A DNA stretch of 64,000 bases, from contig JBBRUX010000012.1 in assembly GCA_038247415.1 (NCBI GenBank), forward strand, positions 1 to 64,000. Direction: 5' to 3'. This document shows, piece after piece, positions 19,367 through 29,617 of the stretch (its first letter is position 1; each line of letters opens with the position of its first letter). Source of the DNA: Chitinivibrionales bacterium (GTDB lineage Bacteria > Fibrobacterota > Chitinivibrionia > Chitinivibrionales > WJKA01). A program made the translations under genes and the position numbers. The notes under the pieces are model-generated. The model was given only the letters and a program-made list of their open reading frames with translations. It was not told the origin of the DNA and did no database searches.

Positions 19367-20758
19367 TTAAGAAAAAGAAGCAAGGTTACTTTCGATGGTG
19401 GCAATAGTTTCTTGGAGGGCAGGATCGGAGGAGAGCGTGATTTCCATTCGTTTGCATGCATGGATGACTGTAGAGTAGTCGCGGCCTCCAAATTGTAAAC
19501 CAATGGTTCGTAGCGATTGGCGTGTCCATTTTTTGCATAAATACATTGCTGCATAGCGGGGGAGCGTTACTTCTCGTTTACTTGAATGAGCGGTGATTTG
19601 ATTCACGCTTATATTAAAGGCTTGAGCAACCTGGTTTTGGATGTGTTCTATTGATAATCGTAATTCTTTTTGCGCGATAATATCGCCGCATATTTCGCGG
19701 GCAACATCCAGAGTTATATCTCTTCCGGTAAAAGATGCAGAAGCAATCAGCTTAATAAGAATTCCCTCGAGTTCCCGGATATTTGAGGTGATATGGCTTG
19801 CTATATATTCGATGACAGCATCATCGAGCATCAGTCCATCCATTTCAACTTTTTTACGGAGAATTGCCATACGGGTTTCGAGGTTTGGTGGCTGGATGTC
19901 GGTAATGAGCCCGCCCATGAACCGATTGATAATATGATGCATCATATCGGGGATTTTATCGGGGGAACGATCAGAAGAGAGGACGATTTGTTTATTTTCG
20001 AGAAGTAGCTTATTAAAAATGCGAAAAAATTCTTTTTGAGTACCTTGTTTACCGCTAAAAAATTGAATATCATCGATGAGAAGAAGGTCGGTGTCTTTAA
20101 ATTGTTTATAAAAAGAGGTTGAATCCTTTTTCTCGATGACGTAGCCAATATATTGGTTCGTGAAATCTTCTGAAGTGAGGTAGGTGACATTTGAGGCAGT
20201 AGATTCACTCTGCGCAAAATGACCGATAGATTGCAGGAGATGGGTTTTCCCTAAACCGGTTGAGCCATATATAATAAGTGGATTAAACGTTGTTTTGCCA
20301 GGAGCTTCTGCAACAGCGAGCGCTGCAGCTTGTGCCATACGATTGTTATCGCCTATGATAAATTTATCGAATACATAATTGGGGTGGAACTGGCGTTTTG
20401 ATTTATTGGATGGAATTATTCGGGGCGTTTTAACGAGTGTAATTGATTCTTGAATTGGTTCTATGATTTTCCAATCTTTTTGAACCGATACAAAGCTTAG
20501 TGGCAGCGCAGAGATTCCTTGATTTGTAAGCGCTTCTGTAATAACGGTGCTAAAATGCTCTTCGATAAAATCTGCAAAAAATTGGTTAGGAACCAGAATC
20601 TTGGGAGACCCATTATCAGAAAATGCAAGGTCTGTAGACCTAAACCAGGTCTCAAAGCTGCTACTACCAATTTTTTCGGAGATATAGGTTAAACATGTCT
20701 GCCAGATTGGAACGTCTGGCTGGTGCACACTGTTGGAGGTTCTTAACATGTTATCCAC
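19367..20758 (-). CDS. dnaA: Chromosomal replication initiator DnaA (divergent domain IV)
   Basis: FETWF, VPNQF, Walker A GSTGLGKTHLL, LLLIDDIQF, NIRELEG, FGGRDYSTVIHA; start GTG 20758 or ATG 20749. Confidence 0.96.
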   Translation of the reverse strand: MDNMLRTSNSVHQPDVPIWQTCLTYISEKIGSSSFETWFRSTDLAFSDNGSPKILVPNQFFADFIEEHFSTVITEALTNQGISALPLSFVSVQKDWKIIEPIQESITLVKTPRIIPSNKSKRQFHPNYVFDKFIIGDNNRMAQAAALAVAEAPGKTTFNPLIIYGSTGLGKTHLLQSIGHFAQSESTASNVTYLTSEDFTNQYIGYVIEKKDSTSFYKQFKDTDLLLIDDIQFFSGKQGTQKEFFRIFNKLLLENKQIVLSSDRSPDKIPDMMHHIINRFMGGLITDIQPPNLETRMAILRKKVEMDGLMLDDAVIEYIASHITSNIRELEGILIKLIASASFTGRDITLDVAREICGDIIAQKELRLSIEHIQNQVAQAFNISVNQITAHSSKREVTLPRYAAMYLCKKWTRQSLRTIGLQFGGRDYSTVIHACKRMEITLSSDPALQETIATIESNLASFS

Positions 20759-20960
20759 ATTTGTTTTTATTTACAGATTGTTTTATATGAACAAATCAAT
20801 TTAAGCGCTTTTAGATTCCATTTTTTTTACTTAATTATTTGTAACTTATTATAAATTAAGAGTATACAAGGTTACGGTAATGTTATTTATCTGTTAGGCT
20901 AATGTTATCAACGGGTTATTAACATACTTTTAACGAGTTATCAACATACAGTTATCAACA
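20751..20960 (+). promoter_or_regulatory. DnaA-box cluster in AT-rich dnaA upstream region (oriC candidate or autoregulatory site)
   Basis: TTATCCACA 20751; TTATCAACG 20905; TTATTAACA 20916; CTTTTAACG 20927; TTATCAACA 20938 and 20952. Confidence 0.75.
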
Positions 20961-21237
20961 TCAAAAAATAGCCTCATTATTCAATATAAATTCCTGTTTG
21001 CTGATTGCAAGCAAAATGTATAAATTTTTTTATGAAAATTCCTGGTGTATCAAAAAAATGCTCAAAAACCAAAAAATCTGCTTAATAAGGTATCACAGAG
21101 ACCGAGCCGTTGCGATAAAACACACCCAATTCTAGGGGATTGTTAGCCAATAAAGGGATGTGAAAGGCCTTTTGAAGGTTTGCAGTCCCTTGAATTTTAA
21201 AACAGAGTGGGTTTGTTACACTTTTTTAAGAAAATGC

Positions 21238-21265
21238 TAAAGATTTACTTTAAGAATTCCGACAA
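21238..21265 (+). promoter_or_regulatory. Sigma28-like promoter
   Basis: TAAA-N16-TCCGACAA upstream of the DUF5610-like gene. Confidence 0.55.
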
Positions 21266-21304
21266 CTCTAGTACAACCATCAACAATTTCACGTGGAGGC
21301 AATC

Positions 21305-22048
21305 ATGGTTTCTTCACTCTCAAATGGAACACATAAGCTTTGGCCATCTGGTTCCCAGAATACATCACTACCTGGCAAAGATGCTGCCATGGATTCCTTT
21401 GTAAGCAAACGATATGCTACCCCGGTTGTTCCCTCGCGCACAATGACGCTTACGTCAACAACGCAGGTTTCCCAAAAGGAATCGATGTATGTTGAATTTT
21501 CTAATGCCGATGGTGACACGGTTAAGCTTTCGTATGCACGGTCTTTGGAGTATGCGCAAACAGTAAATCAGACCTCGACAGATGACGCAGGTTTAAGCCT
21601 TTCCCAAAAGGATCAAAAAGCTATAGTTGATAAAATGATAGATGAGTATAAAAATATGAAGCATTACCTTATGGCATTGATTGCAGATAGTCTTGATGGA
21701 AAAAAGGATACAACAAAAGACGTTAATCCTCAGGAATCAACGCAGCCGACCGAAACAGCTGATGTAACCGCAGGACTTCCAGAATATTGGAATGCCGAGA
21801 ATACATCGCAGCGTATTGTTGATTTTGCGCTTCAATTTGCAGGGCAAGGTAAGGGTAACTCTGCCGAATTCATTAAAACTATGAAGGATGCAATCGAAAA
21901 AGGGTTTGGGCAAGCTTCTGCTATTCTTGGGAGCGTGTCTTCGCAAACTGCAAAATTGACACAAGATACTCATGACCTCGTCATGAAAAAGCTCGATTCA
22001 TGGCTATCGGCACAATCCGGTTCAGATCAAATACAAGCGGCTGCTTAG
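21305..22048 (+). CDS. DUF5610-like protein
   Basis: 'EYWNAENTSQRIVDFA...DAIEKGF.QA..ILG.....T.DLV.KKLD' pattern; ATG 21305 after GGAGG. Confidence 0.7.
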   Translation: MVSSLSNGTHKLWPSGSQNTSLPGKDAAMDSFVSKRYATPVVPSRTMTLTSTTQVSQKESMYVEFSNADGDTVKLSYARSLEYAQTVNQTSTDDAGLSLSQKDQKAIVDKMIDEYKNMKHYLMALIADSLDGKKDTTKDVNPQESTQPTETADVTAGLPEYWNAENTSQRIVDFALQFAGQGKGNSAEFIKTMKDAIEKGFGQASAILGSVSSQTAKLTQDTHDLVMKKLDSWLSAQSGSDQIQAAA

Positions 22049-22053
22049 GCCTG

Positions 22054-22080
22054 CACGATAGCGCCAGCGTGTTTTTTTTG
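22054..22080 (+). terminator. Possible intrinsic terminator
   Basis: GCACG...CGTGT stem followed by a T-run. Confidence 0.45.
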
Positions 22081-22081
22081 C

Positions 22082-22978
22082 TTAATGCACTAACCGTGCA
22101 GGAAAATTAAAGTTATAGCGAATAAAATGGAGCAGCTCCTGCACTAAAGAAATCGCTTGTGCCAGGTTCGCTTCGAGAGAGTCTCGTTGGGTTCCATGAT
22201 ATTCCTTGAGAGAATCCAGAATCGGTTCTATCGTAGCAACCTGCATCTGTAAATTGTGCATATACCTCGAAAGAGTATCAAGCGATCCTTCGACAGCCGG
22301 AATTTGGGAGGTTGCAAAGGAGTCTGCTTTTGTCATTATTGTTTGCGTTTGAGAAAGAAGCTTTTGGGTAGTATTCACCACCGGAGGCACTGTAGCATCT
22401 GCCAATTTCACCCAGCCATGGAGCGAATTTGATAAAGAATCTATGGCGTCAAATACTTCATTAAAGCTCTTGGAAAATGATTTTTTTGTTGCACTTCCAA
22501 GCGCAAAGGTATCTGAAATTTCACGGAATCGTTTAACTTCCGCTTTAAGTTTCCAGGCAAACCCAATAGCTTCGGAAATTCCGGGTGAAAATGTTCCGAC
22601 CAGAGTATCTGCCGCCGAAATAAGTGGTCGAGATGGATCCCCACACAAGATAGAAATAACCCGCTCTCCCATAATGCCTTTATCTACCGTTGTGATTGAA
22701 TAGCCTTCATGTAGCTCTAGTTTCTTGTGTGTAACAATGGTTGCAATGGCACGACCTTCTTGCTGCTCATGATCAAGAATAATGTTTTTAATAGAACCAA
22801 TTGCTCCTCCATTGACCGTTACCAGGTCATCGATGCGAAGATTGGGCAATTGGGAAAATGCAATTACCCGCTTATCTGCAGGAAAATTGGCAGAGATGCC
22901 GATATATACGCACAATGTGGCAGAAAAAAGCAAAATTCCGCTTATGACGATATATCCAAGTCGTGTGTCGCTTTTCAT
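22082..22978 (-). CDS. MlaD/MCE family protein
   Basis: N-terminal TM; 'L.IDD.VTVNG..IG.I..I', 'GIMGER.ISI..G'. Confidence 0.85.
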   Translation of the reverse strand: MKSDTRLGYIVISGILLFSATLCVYIGISANFPADKRVIAFSQLPNLRIDDLVTVNGGAIGSIKNIILDHEQQEGRAIATIVTHKKLELHEGYSITTVDKGIMGERVISILCGDPSRPLISAADTLVGTFSPGISEAIGFAWKLKAEVKRFREISDTFALGSATKKSFSKSFNEVFDAIDSLSNSLHGWVKLADATVPPVVNTTQKLLSQTQTIMTKADSFATSQIPAVEGSLDTLSRYMHNLQMQVATIEPILDSLKEYHGTQRDSLEANLAQAISLVQELLHFIRYNFNFPARLVH

Positions 22979-23000
22979 GCGAATCCATTTCGTTTAAGCT

Positions 23001-23028
23001 TAAAGGTTTAAGAAACTTATACCGATAC
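23001..23028 (+). promoter_or_regulatory. Sigma28-like promoter of fliD operon
   Basis: TAAA-N16-ACCGATAC. Confidence 0.7.
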
Positions 23029-23082
23029 TATAAATATACCGTTTTGCACTTTGATTATTTGACAATTGTCTGGGAGGATTAG

Positions 23083-25051
23083 TATGGGTATAACCATGAA
23101 CGGCCCGTCGGGTCTGGATACAGCAAGCATTATCGATCAGCTTGTTAATCTGGAGACCTCTACACGGGTAACGCCAATCCAACGACAGAAAGCTACCTTT
23201 CAAATTAAAATCGATGCATACTCGAAAATGCAATCGTATATAAATGACATTGGCTCTAAAGCATCGGCTATTTCGGATGAGGCTGCCTTTAATGTTTACA
23301 AAACAACAACAACTAATAAAGATGTTGCAACGCTTACAGGAACTACGGGTAGTGTTGCAGGTGCCTATGACGTAAAAGTTTTCGGGCTTGCTACCTACGA
23401 AAAATTAATTAGTCTCGATGGAAAAATTACCGACCAAAATGCAGCGCTGAGCACCTTGGGAATTTCAACCGGTGCAATAACTATCGATGGCACTTCACTT
23501 ACGGTAACTAACACCGATACGCTCCAGGATTTGCGCTCAAAAATTAATTCTGCCACCGATGCAACGGGTAAAAAACTTAATGTTACCGCCACGGTGCTTA
23601 AAGTTGCAGATAATAATTATCGGTTGGTTCTTACGGCCAAAAATACGGGCAATGCTGGAGTTGTGTATAAAGGCGATACCTTTGCATCTCTGGGTGTGAT
23701 TGCCGATTCTATTACAGGCGACAAAGGATCAAAATCACAGATCGTTACTTCCGCAGCTGATATTTCATCGGCATTTAATGCGTTAGTCACCGGCGACGTT
23801 ATTACCTATGGTGGTACCGATTCATTTGGAAATGCTGTAACCGGACGATACGTTATTCCTGCAACAAAAGATATAAATGAATTACGCAAGAACATAGAAA
23901 ATGCGTTTCATGGTAGTATGACTACGTCAATAGATGTTTCTGGCAAATTACTTTTAACAGCTAATAATCAGGGTGATTCTGCCGCGAGTATGACAAGCTT
24001 TTCTATGGGTGCAACTCCATATGCTTTTTCTACCACTCAAGCAGGATCTCCCGGTGCTGGCATTCTAACAACGGGCAAAGATGCCTATTTTGGTATCGAT
24101 GGCATTTCTATGCGTTCGACAACCAATTCTGCCACAGGGTTTGTTGCAGGTGTTACTCTTTCTATGGTTAAAGTTTCGGCAACAGAATCAATTCATTTAG
24201 AAATAGCACGTGACGGCGATGCAGTGGTTGCAAAAGTACAGAGCCTCTTGGACTCCTTTAATGCACTTGTTCGCTTTGGTAAAGAGCAAACCGCCTATGG
24301 CGATCCAAAACTCAAAACGCGCAAAAAGGGCGACCTCGCAGGCGATATGACTATCACCAGTGCGATTGGTCAATTTAGAACTCTTTTCCAAAAGCAGTTT
24401 GGGGCATTTGGTGGAAATTTCCAGAACTTGGCGAATATAGGGCTTAAAACAGATTATTCAACTGCCGAAATTTCAATTGACAAGGATAAACTTAAGGCAT
24501 CCTTGGATACAAATTTTGATGAAGTTGTTCGTATGTTTGTAACACGGGGAGTTACCGATAATACCAGTGTAGCAATGGGCAGATCAACCAAAGATACGAC
24601 CTCGGGAAAATATTCGCTCGAAGAAATTAGTAGCAATACTCAAATTCGAGCTCAGCTTATTGGAGGCGATGGAACGTGGTTTACATCGGACGTTCGGGAT
24701 AATGATATTGTTTCTTTTTCGAGTGGTCCACTTAAAGGGCTTTCTCTGACTGCTCCGGCAAATAGTATTCCCGCACTAACTCCTACAACTTTTACTTTTC
24801 AGAAAGGCTTATCGGCAACGTTTAAAGAACTTGCAGATGGTCTTACTACCACGCAAACGGGGCTTATTGCAACACGTCAAGCATCGTTTCAACGCAGCAT
24901 GGATGATGCCGATAAGCGTATTGCCGATCAGCAGAATAGGATTGCAGAGTATAAATTGCGCCTTACCAATCAATTTAGCGCTATGGAGCAAGCCATACAA
25001 AAGATGAAATCTCAATCTGTCAATATGACCAATCAAATCAAATCAAATTAA
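23083..25051 (+). CDS. fliD: Flagellar filament cap protein FliD
   Basis: 'SGLDTASIIDQLVNLE' N-terminus, 'RLTNQFSAMEQAI.KM.SQ' C-terminus; ATG 23083 after GGAGG. Confidence 0.95.
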
Positions 25052-25069
25052 AAGCTCACGAGGTGGATC

Positions 25070-25498
25070 ATGCAAAGCGCGTACACGACCTACAAAAATG
25101 TTACTGTTGATACAGCCGATCAGGGAAAATTAATCCTAATTTCCTATGATGTTGCTATCAAGAGCTGCAAAATTGCCCTCGAAAAATTTGATGATCCTAC
25201 TTTGATCGAAGAACGAACCAAGGCTCTTTTTAAAGCTCAGGATGCAATTACCGAACTTATGGTAGCCCTTCGCATGGATGTTGGGGAGATATCAAGGAAT
25301 TTGTACCGGCTGTATGAGTACTTTTTGCATCGATTGGTTCAGGCAAATGTAAAGAGCGAATCTGCACCAGTACAAGAAATTGTAGGGTACCTGGTAGATT
25401 TACGAGATGCTTGGTCTCAGGCCATACTCTCACTTAAAAAGGAAGCACTTGTAACCACCCCTGTCGAAGCACTCGAAAGCTTTGCAATTACAGGATAA
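25070..25498 (+). CDS. fliS: Flagellin chaperone FliS
   Basis: 'TADQGKLILISYD', 'KAQDAITEL...L', 'NLYRLYEY', 'LRDAW'. Confidence 0.95.
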   Translation: MQSAYTTYKNVTVDTADQGKLILISYDVAIKSCKIALEKFDDPTLIEERTKALFKAQDAITELMVALRMDVGEISRNLYRLYEYFLHRLVQANVKSESAPVQEIVGYLVDLRDAWSQAILSLKKEALVTTPVEALESFAITG

Positions 25499-25504
25499 TA
25501 TGCT

Positions 25505-25900
25505 ATGAATACAATACCTTTAGAGTCGCTCTTGCACTCTGTTATCGAGTGGTATAAAAAAGTATACTCATCCACAGCGGCACTCGGATGTAATCCTCAT
25601 TTTGAGTCGATTGAAATGGTTTTAGAGCGCCGCGAGAGCTACATCGCGAGCGCTGCAGAGCTTGTTGCCCGGCTTGATGCAGAATTTCCACTGTGGAGAA
25701 CGGCACAGGAATCGAGTGTTCAATTGTTACGTCAAGAACTCCACGCTCTCATACATAACACAATCCAAAGCGATGCTCTTGTGGAAAAACTTTTAGAACG
25801 CAGGAAGGCAGAAGTGAAGAAGCAATTGTCGGTTATTGGCACAACTGCGCGTGCAACAAAAGGGTACATAACCTCAAAGTCTCTAGTCATGTCTGCATAG
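25505..25900 (+). CDS. FliT/FlgN-like flagellar chaperone
   Basis: Helical 131-aa protein after fliS, C-terminal 'A.KGY'. Confidence 0.55.
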   Translation: MNTIPLESLLHSVIEWYKKVYSSTAALGCNPHFESIEMVLERRESYIASAAELVARLDAEFPLWRTAQESSVQLLRQELHALIHNTIQSDALVEKLLERRKAEVKKQLSVIGTTARATKGYITSKSLVMSA

Positions 25901-25904
25901 CGAT

Positions 25905-28010
25905 TCACGAGAGTGCTGTATGCGGCTCAAAAACAGTAGGTTGATGCTCGTGGTGAGCTTTCATTTGCATAAGTGTTTCTTTATAAATTGCCTCCTGCGC
26001 ATTAGCCCCGGCTTTTTTAAGAGCAAGTTGCCCCCGCTGCCATCCTTTTTTTTCGGATAATTTCCACGCATTGCGGTTTTCTAAAAAGTACTTGTCGAGA
26101 AGTGACGTGAGTTTTTTTGCGCTTACAGTATCTTCTATTGGGACAAAGAGTTCAACTCTTTTGTCAAGATTTCGCGGCATCCAATCGGCTGTGGAAATAA
26201 AAACTTTTTCAGCACCGCCATTACAGAAATGAAAGATGCGAGCATGCTCGAGAAATCGGTCCACAATGCTTATAACGGTGATCTTTTCACTGATTTTGGG
26301 AACACCGGGAACAAGGCAGCAAATACCTCGAATATTAAGTGATATGGTAACACCAGCTTTAGATGCTTTGTAAAGCGATGCGATGATCTGTGGATCGACC
26401 AAGGAATTCATCTTGGCACGAATATAAGCTGCGTGGCCTTGTTTTTTATGTTCGATTTCGTTTTCTATTAAATCAACAATACTTTGTCGCAGGCCCAATG
26501 GGGCCGCTTCAACTTTACGAAAAGGTTGGGGTTGTGAGAAACCGGTGATTGCATTAAAAAACGCAGTTGCATCGGCCCCAAGATCTGGATCGGCGGTAAG
26601 AAAGCTTGCATCGCAATATAATTTTGCGGTATTCTCGTTATAATTGCCTGTTCCAAAGTGAATGTAGCGCATAATGCCGGTTGCTTCTCTGCGTACCACC
26701 AAACAAATTTTTGCATGGGTTTTAAACCGCTTTACGCCATATAAAACATGCACTCCAGAATCCTCGAGTTCGCGTGCCCATTCGATATTGCGAGCTTCAT
26801 CAAAGCGCGCTTTGAGCTCAACTATTGCCGTTACATTTTTACCGGCTCGTGCAGCGCGCATGAGAGCTGCAACAATCGCGCTATCTGAACTTGTTCGGTA
26901 TAATATTTGTTTGATTGCCACAACATCCGGGTCGTCGGCAGCATCGGAGATAAGCTTTACAACAGGATCAAAACTTTCGAATGGATGATAGAGCAGGATG
27001 TTTTCTGTTGCTAAACGAGTAAAAATAGATTTACCAGCAGGAATAAAAACCGTTTTGCAAGGCGCCCATGGGGCGTAGCGAAGGGCATCATAACCGCTGA
27101 GATTGGCCACATGCATGAATGCAGAGCCATCGATCGGTGATTGCAGTTCAAATACAAAAGATGGCTTAATATTCATTGAACGCATCAGAAATTCTCGAAT
27201 TGTTTTAGACATGGTTGCTGTGGTCTGAAGGCAGACAAAATGGCCATGTTTTCGTGCATTTATTACTTCTTCCATTTCCGAGAGCAGGTCGCACGCTTCA
27301 TCTTCGCGCACTGCCAAATCGGCATTTCGCATGATCCGAAAGCAAGCTGTTTCTATAATTTCTTCCCCGGGAAAAAAACGGGCAGCAAACATTTCAACTA
27401 CTTCTTCGATTAAGACAAATTGATAATTCGTGCGGCTTGGGAGAAGAATAAACCGAGGTATATTGCGTGTGATGGGTAACACTGCAAAGCGAATTTTTTG
27501 AGTTGTTTTTTTAGATTCGTTTGTTAATCGAACGCCCACATGTAAATGTCGGTTGAATATGAGCGAAAAATCTTTCGAATCGACAAGGGCCATGGGAGAG
27601 AGGATCGGGAATACTTCTGTTTCGAAAACCGTTTCCAGGTGTGTCCGTGATGCTTCGTCGAGTTCGGCTGTATCTGCGTGTACAATGCCATAGCTTTGCA
27701 ATGCTGCCATTATGGCGGTATGGGAAATGTCTTGCTCCTGATGCATGTGGGCAAGACGGGTAGCGCATGCCGCTAGCTGGGTAGCATAATCGAGGCCGCT
27801 TGGATCATTTGAGAGGTTGTCCCGATCGAGGGTGCATTGCTGCAGTCCGCCAATCCGCACCATGTAAAATTCATCGAGGTTTGAGTGGCTTATCGAGAGA
27901 AATTTGAGCCGTTCCAAAAGGGGGGTATCCGGGCTGTTTGCTAATGCGATGATCCTCTGGTTGAAATCGAGCCAGCTTAATTCACGATTAAAATACGGAA
28001 GTGATTTCAT
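25905..28010 (-). CDS. ppk1: Polyphosphate kinase 1
   Basis: YFNRELSWLDFNQR, ELKARFDE, KTHAK, GTGNYN, STADWMPRNL. Confidence 0.97.
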   Translation of the reverse strand: MKSLPYFNRELSWLDFNQRIIALANSPDTPLLERLKFLSISHSNLDEFYMVRIGGLQQCTLDRDNLSNDPSGLDYATQLAACATRLAHMHQEQDISHTAIMAALQSYGIVHADTAELDEASRTHLETVFETEVFPILSPMALVDSKDFSLIFNRHLHVGVRLTNESKKTTQKIRFAVLPITRNIPRFILLPSRTNYQFVLIEEVVEMFAARFFPGEEIIETACFRIMRNADLAVREDEACDLLSEMEEVINARKHGHFVCLQTTATMSKTIREFLMRSMNIKPSFVFELQSPIDGSAFMHVANLSGYDALRYAPWAPCKTVFIPAGKSIFTRLATENILLYHPFESFDPVVKLISDAADDPDVVAIKQILYRTSSDSAIVAALMRAARAGKNVTAIVELKARFDEARNIEWARELEDSGVHVLYGVKRFKTHAKICLVVRREATGIMRYIHFGTGNYNENTAKLYCDASFLTADPDLGADATAFFNAITGFSQPQPFRKVEAAPLGLRQSIVDLIENEIEHKKQGHAAYIRAKMNSLVDPQIIASLYKASKAGVTISLNIRGICCLVPGVPKISEKITVISIVDRFLEHARIFHFCNGGAEKVFISTADWMPRNLDKRVELFVPIEDTVSAKKLTSLLDKYFLENRNAWKLSEKKGWQRGQLALKKAGANAQEAIYKETLMQMKAHHEHQPTVFEPHTALS

Positions 28011-28018
28011 AGTGTTTT

Positions 28019-29605
28019 CTATAGGTCGTTAGAATGTTTGCGCAAAACAACGGGGTGTCCATACACTTCTTCAAACATGTTTGCTTTATTCTGGAGAGAA
28101 AATTGTTCCAAAGAGAGTTCGTCTATATCGCGCACTGCAATAATAAAACGGCTTTCTTCGAGAAAGCATTTGATATTTTTAACACGTTGAGAATGGGATC
28201 TGTCAAGCGCATCTGCAACACGCAAGATTGCAGCGAGCTTTGTTACGATAAGTCGATCGGTACGGTCGAGTTGCATATATTCAATGTGATCGGGGCGAGG
28301 GGTTGCTTTTCGGTGATAGCGGGCAATAAGCGAAACTATGATAATTTCTTTGTTGGTTAGACCAAAAAGATCGCTATTTTGGATAAGATACATCGAGTGT
28401 TTGTGATGGCTACGCGTGCTTACAAAAAGCCCAATGTCATGAACGTGGGCAGCAACCGAGAGCAGCATTTCTTCCCAAAATCCAAGGCAATGTTCCGGTT
28501 GGCATATGCGAAAAATCTCGCGGGCGAGAAGCGAGACATGTTCGGCGTGGCTTTCGTCGGTTTCATATTTGCGACCAATTTCACGCGCAGAAGAAATGAT
28601 TTGAGATGCAAAGTTTTCTACCCATGATCCCCGTCGAGCCATTTCCATAAGTAATCCGTGACGCATGGAAATTTCGGTGGCAAAAACCGTTTTGACTTGC
28701 AATGCTTTGGCAAGCCGAACATAAAAAAGCAGCGCTGGCCCAATCGTTTCGGCATCTGCAAATGTTAAATGGTGCGTTTTAACCAGATCATTGACTTCAC
28801 ACGAAGCAATGGTGTCGGTAAGTTTACTAAGCGCGCTCACCGATAGTGCAAGAGGAGTGTGGCCATTCCAGGAGGGGTGTAGGGTGCTTGCTGCAAACCG
28901 AAGGTCGCCGCCAACTGGAAGTATCGTAAGTGGCTTTGTGGTATCGATTGATCGCTTAATTTGATTAATGGTACGGCTCATTTGTTCCTGGATAAGTGTT
29001 TTTCCAGCAGAGAGCACCCCGTGAAATGATTCGAGCTCCTGGCGAATGCGCAATGAGCCCATACGAAATGATTGGGAAAGCCTCACATTGCCTTTGTTGA
29101 TATACACTAATTCGGTGTTGCCACCGCCCACCTCAATAATGAGCGTGTTGTCAAATGAAACTTCTTTACCCGATCCAAGATTAGCATAGGCAGATAAATA
29201 CGTTAGCCTGGTAACATCGATGTCTTCGATTGGTTCAACAACAAATCCTGTAGAAACTAATATTCTGTCAATAAAGGCATCTTTATTGGTGGCCTCACGT
29301 ACTGCAGCGGTTGCAATAGCGCGAATGTGCTTTGGTGAGATTATTCCGTATTCATCGAGTTTTAGTCTGAAACTCTTAAGCGTCTTAACACATTCTTCGA
29401 TGGAAGTTTTTTTAATAAAACCTTTTGTAAAGGTATCTTTGCCAAGAGAAATAGATTGAAAAAGAAATTCGATAGGGTGCACTTTCCCCATAGAGTCTAT
29501 TTGAGCAATGGTCATTCGAATTGCCGTTGTGCCGATATCGATAGCGGCCAAGGGTGGCAGCGATACTGGTAGTGTTTGAGATACTTTTTTTTGTCGTGAA
29601 GGCAT
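28019..29605 (-). CDS. ppx: Exopolyphosphatase Ppx/GppA with HD domain
   Basis: AAIDIGT, ATAAVREA, EVGGGNTE, HDIG, HHKHS. Confidence 0.93.
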   Translation of the reverse strand: MPSRQKKVSQTLPVSLPPLAAIDIGTTAIRMTIAQIDSMGKVHPIEFLFQSISLGKDTFTKGFIKKTSIEECVKTLKSFRLKLDEYGIISPKHIRAIATAAVREATNKDAFIDRILVSTGFVVEPIEDIDVTRLTYLSAYANLGSGKEVSFDNTLIIEVGGGNTELVYINKGNVRLSQSFRMGSLRIRQELESFHGVLSAGKTLIQEQMSRTINQIKRSIDTTKPLTILPVGGDLRFAASTLHPSWNGHTPLALSVSALSKLTDTIASCEVNDLVKTHHLTFADAETIGPALLFYVRLAKALQVKTVFATEISMRHGLLMEMARRGSWVENFASQIISSAREIGRKYETDESHAEHVSLLAREIFRICQPEHCLGFWEEMLLSVAAHVHDIGLFVSTRSHHKHSMYLIQNSDLFGLTNKEIIIVSLIARYHRKATPRPDHIEYMQLDRTDRLIVTKLAAILRVADALDRSHSQRVKNIKCFLEESRFIIAVRDIDELSLEQFSLQNKANMFEEVYGHPVVLRKHSNDL

Positions 29606-29617
29606 TTTACATTTTCC

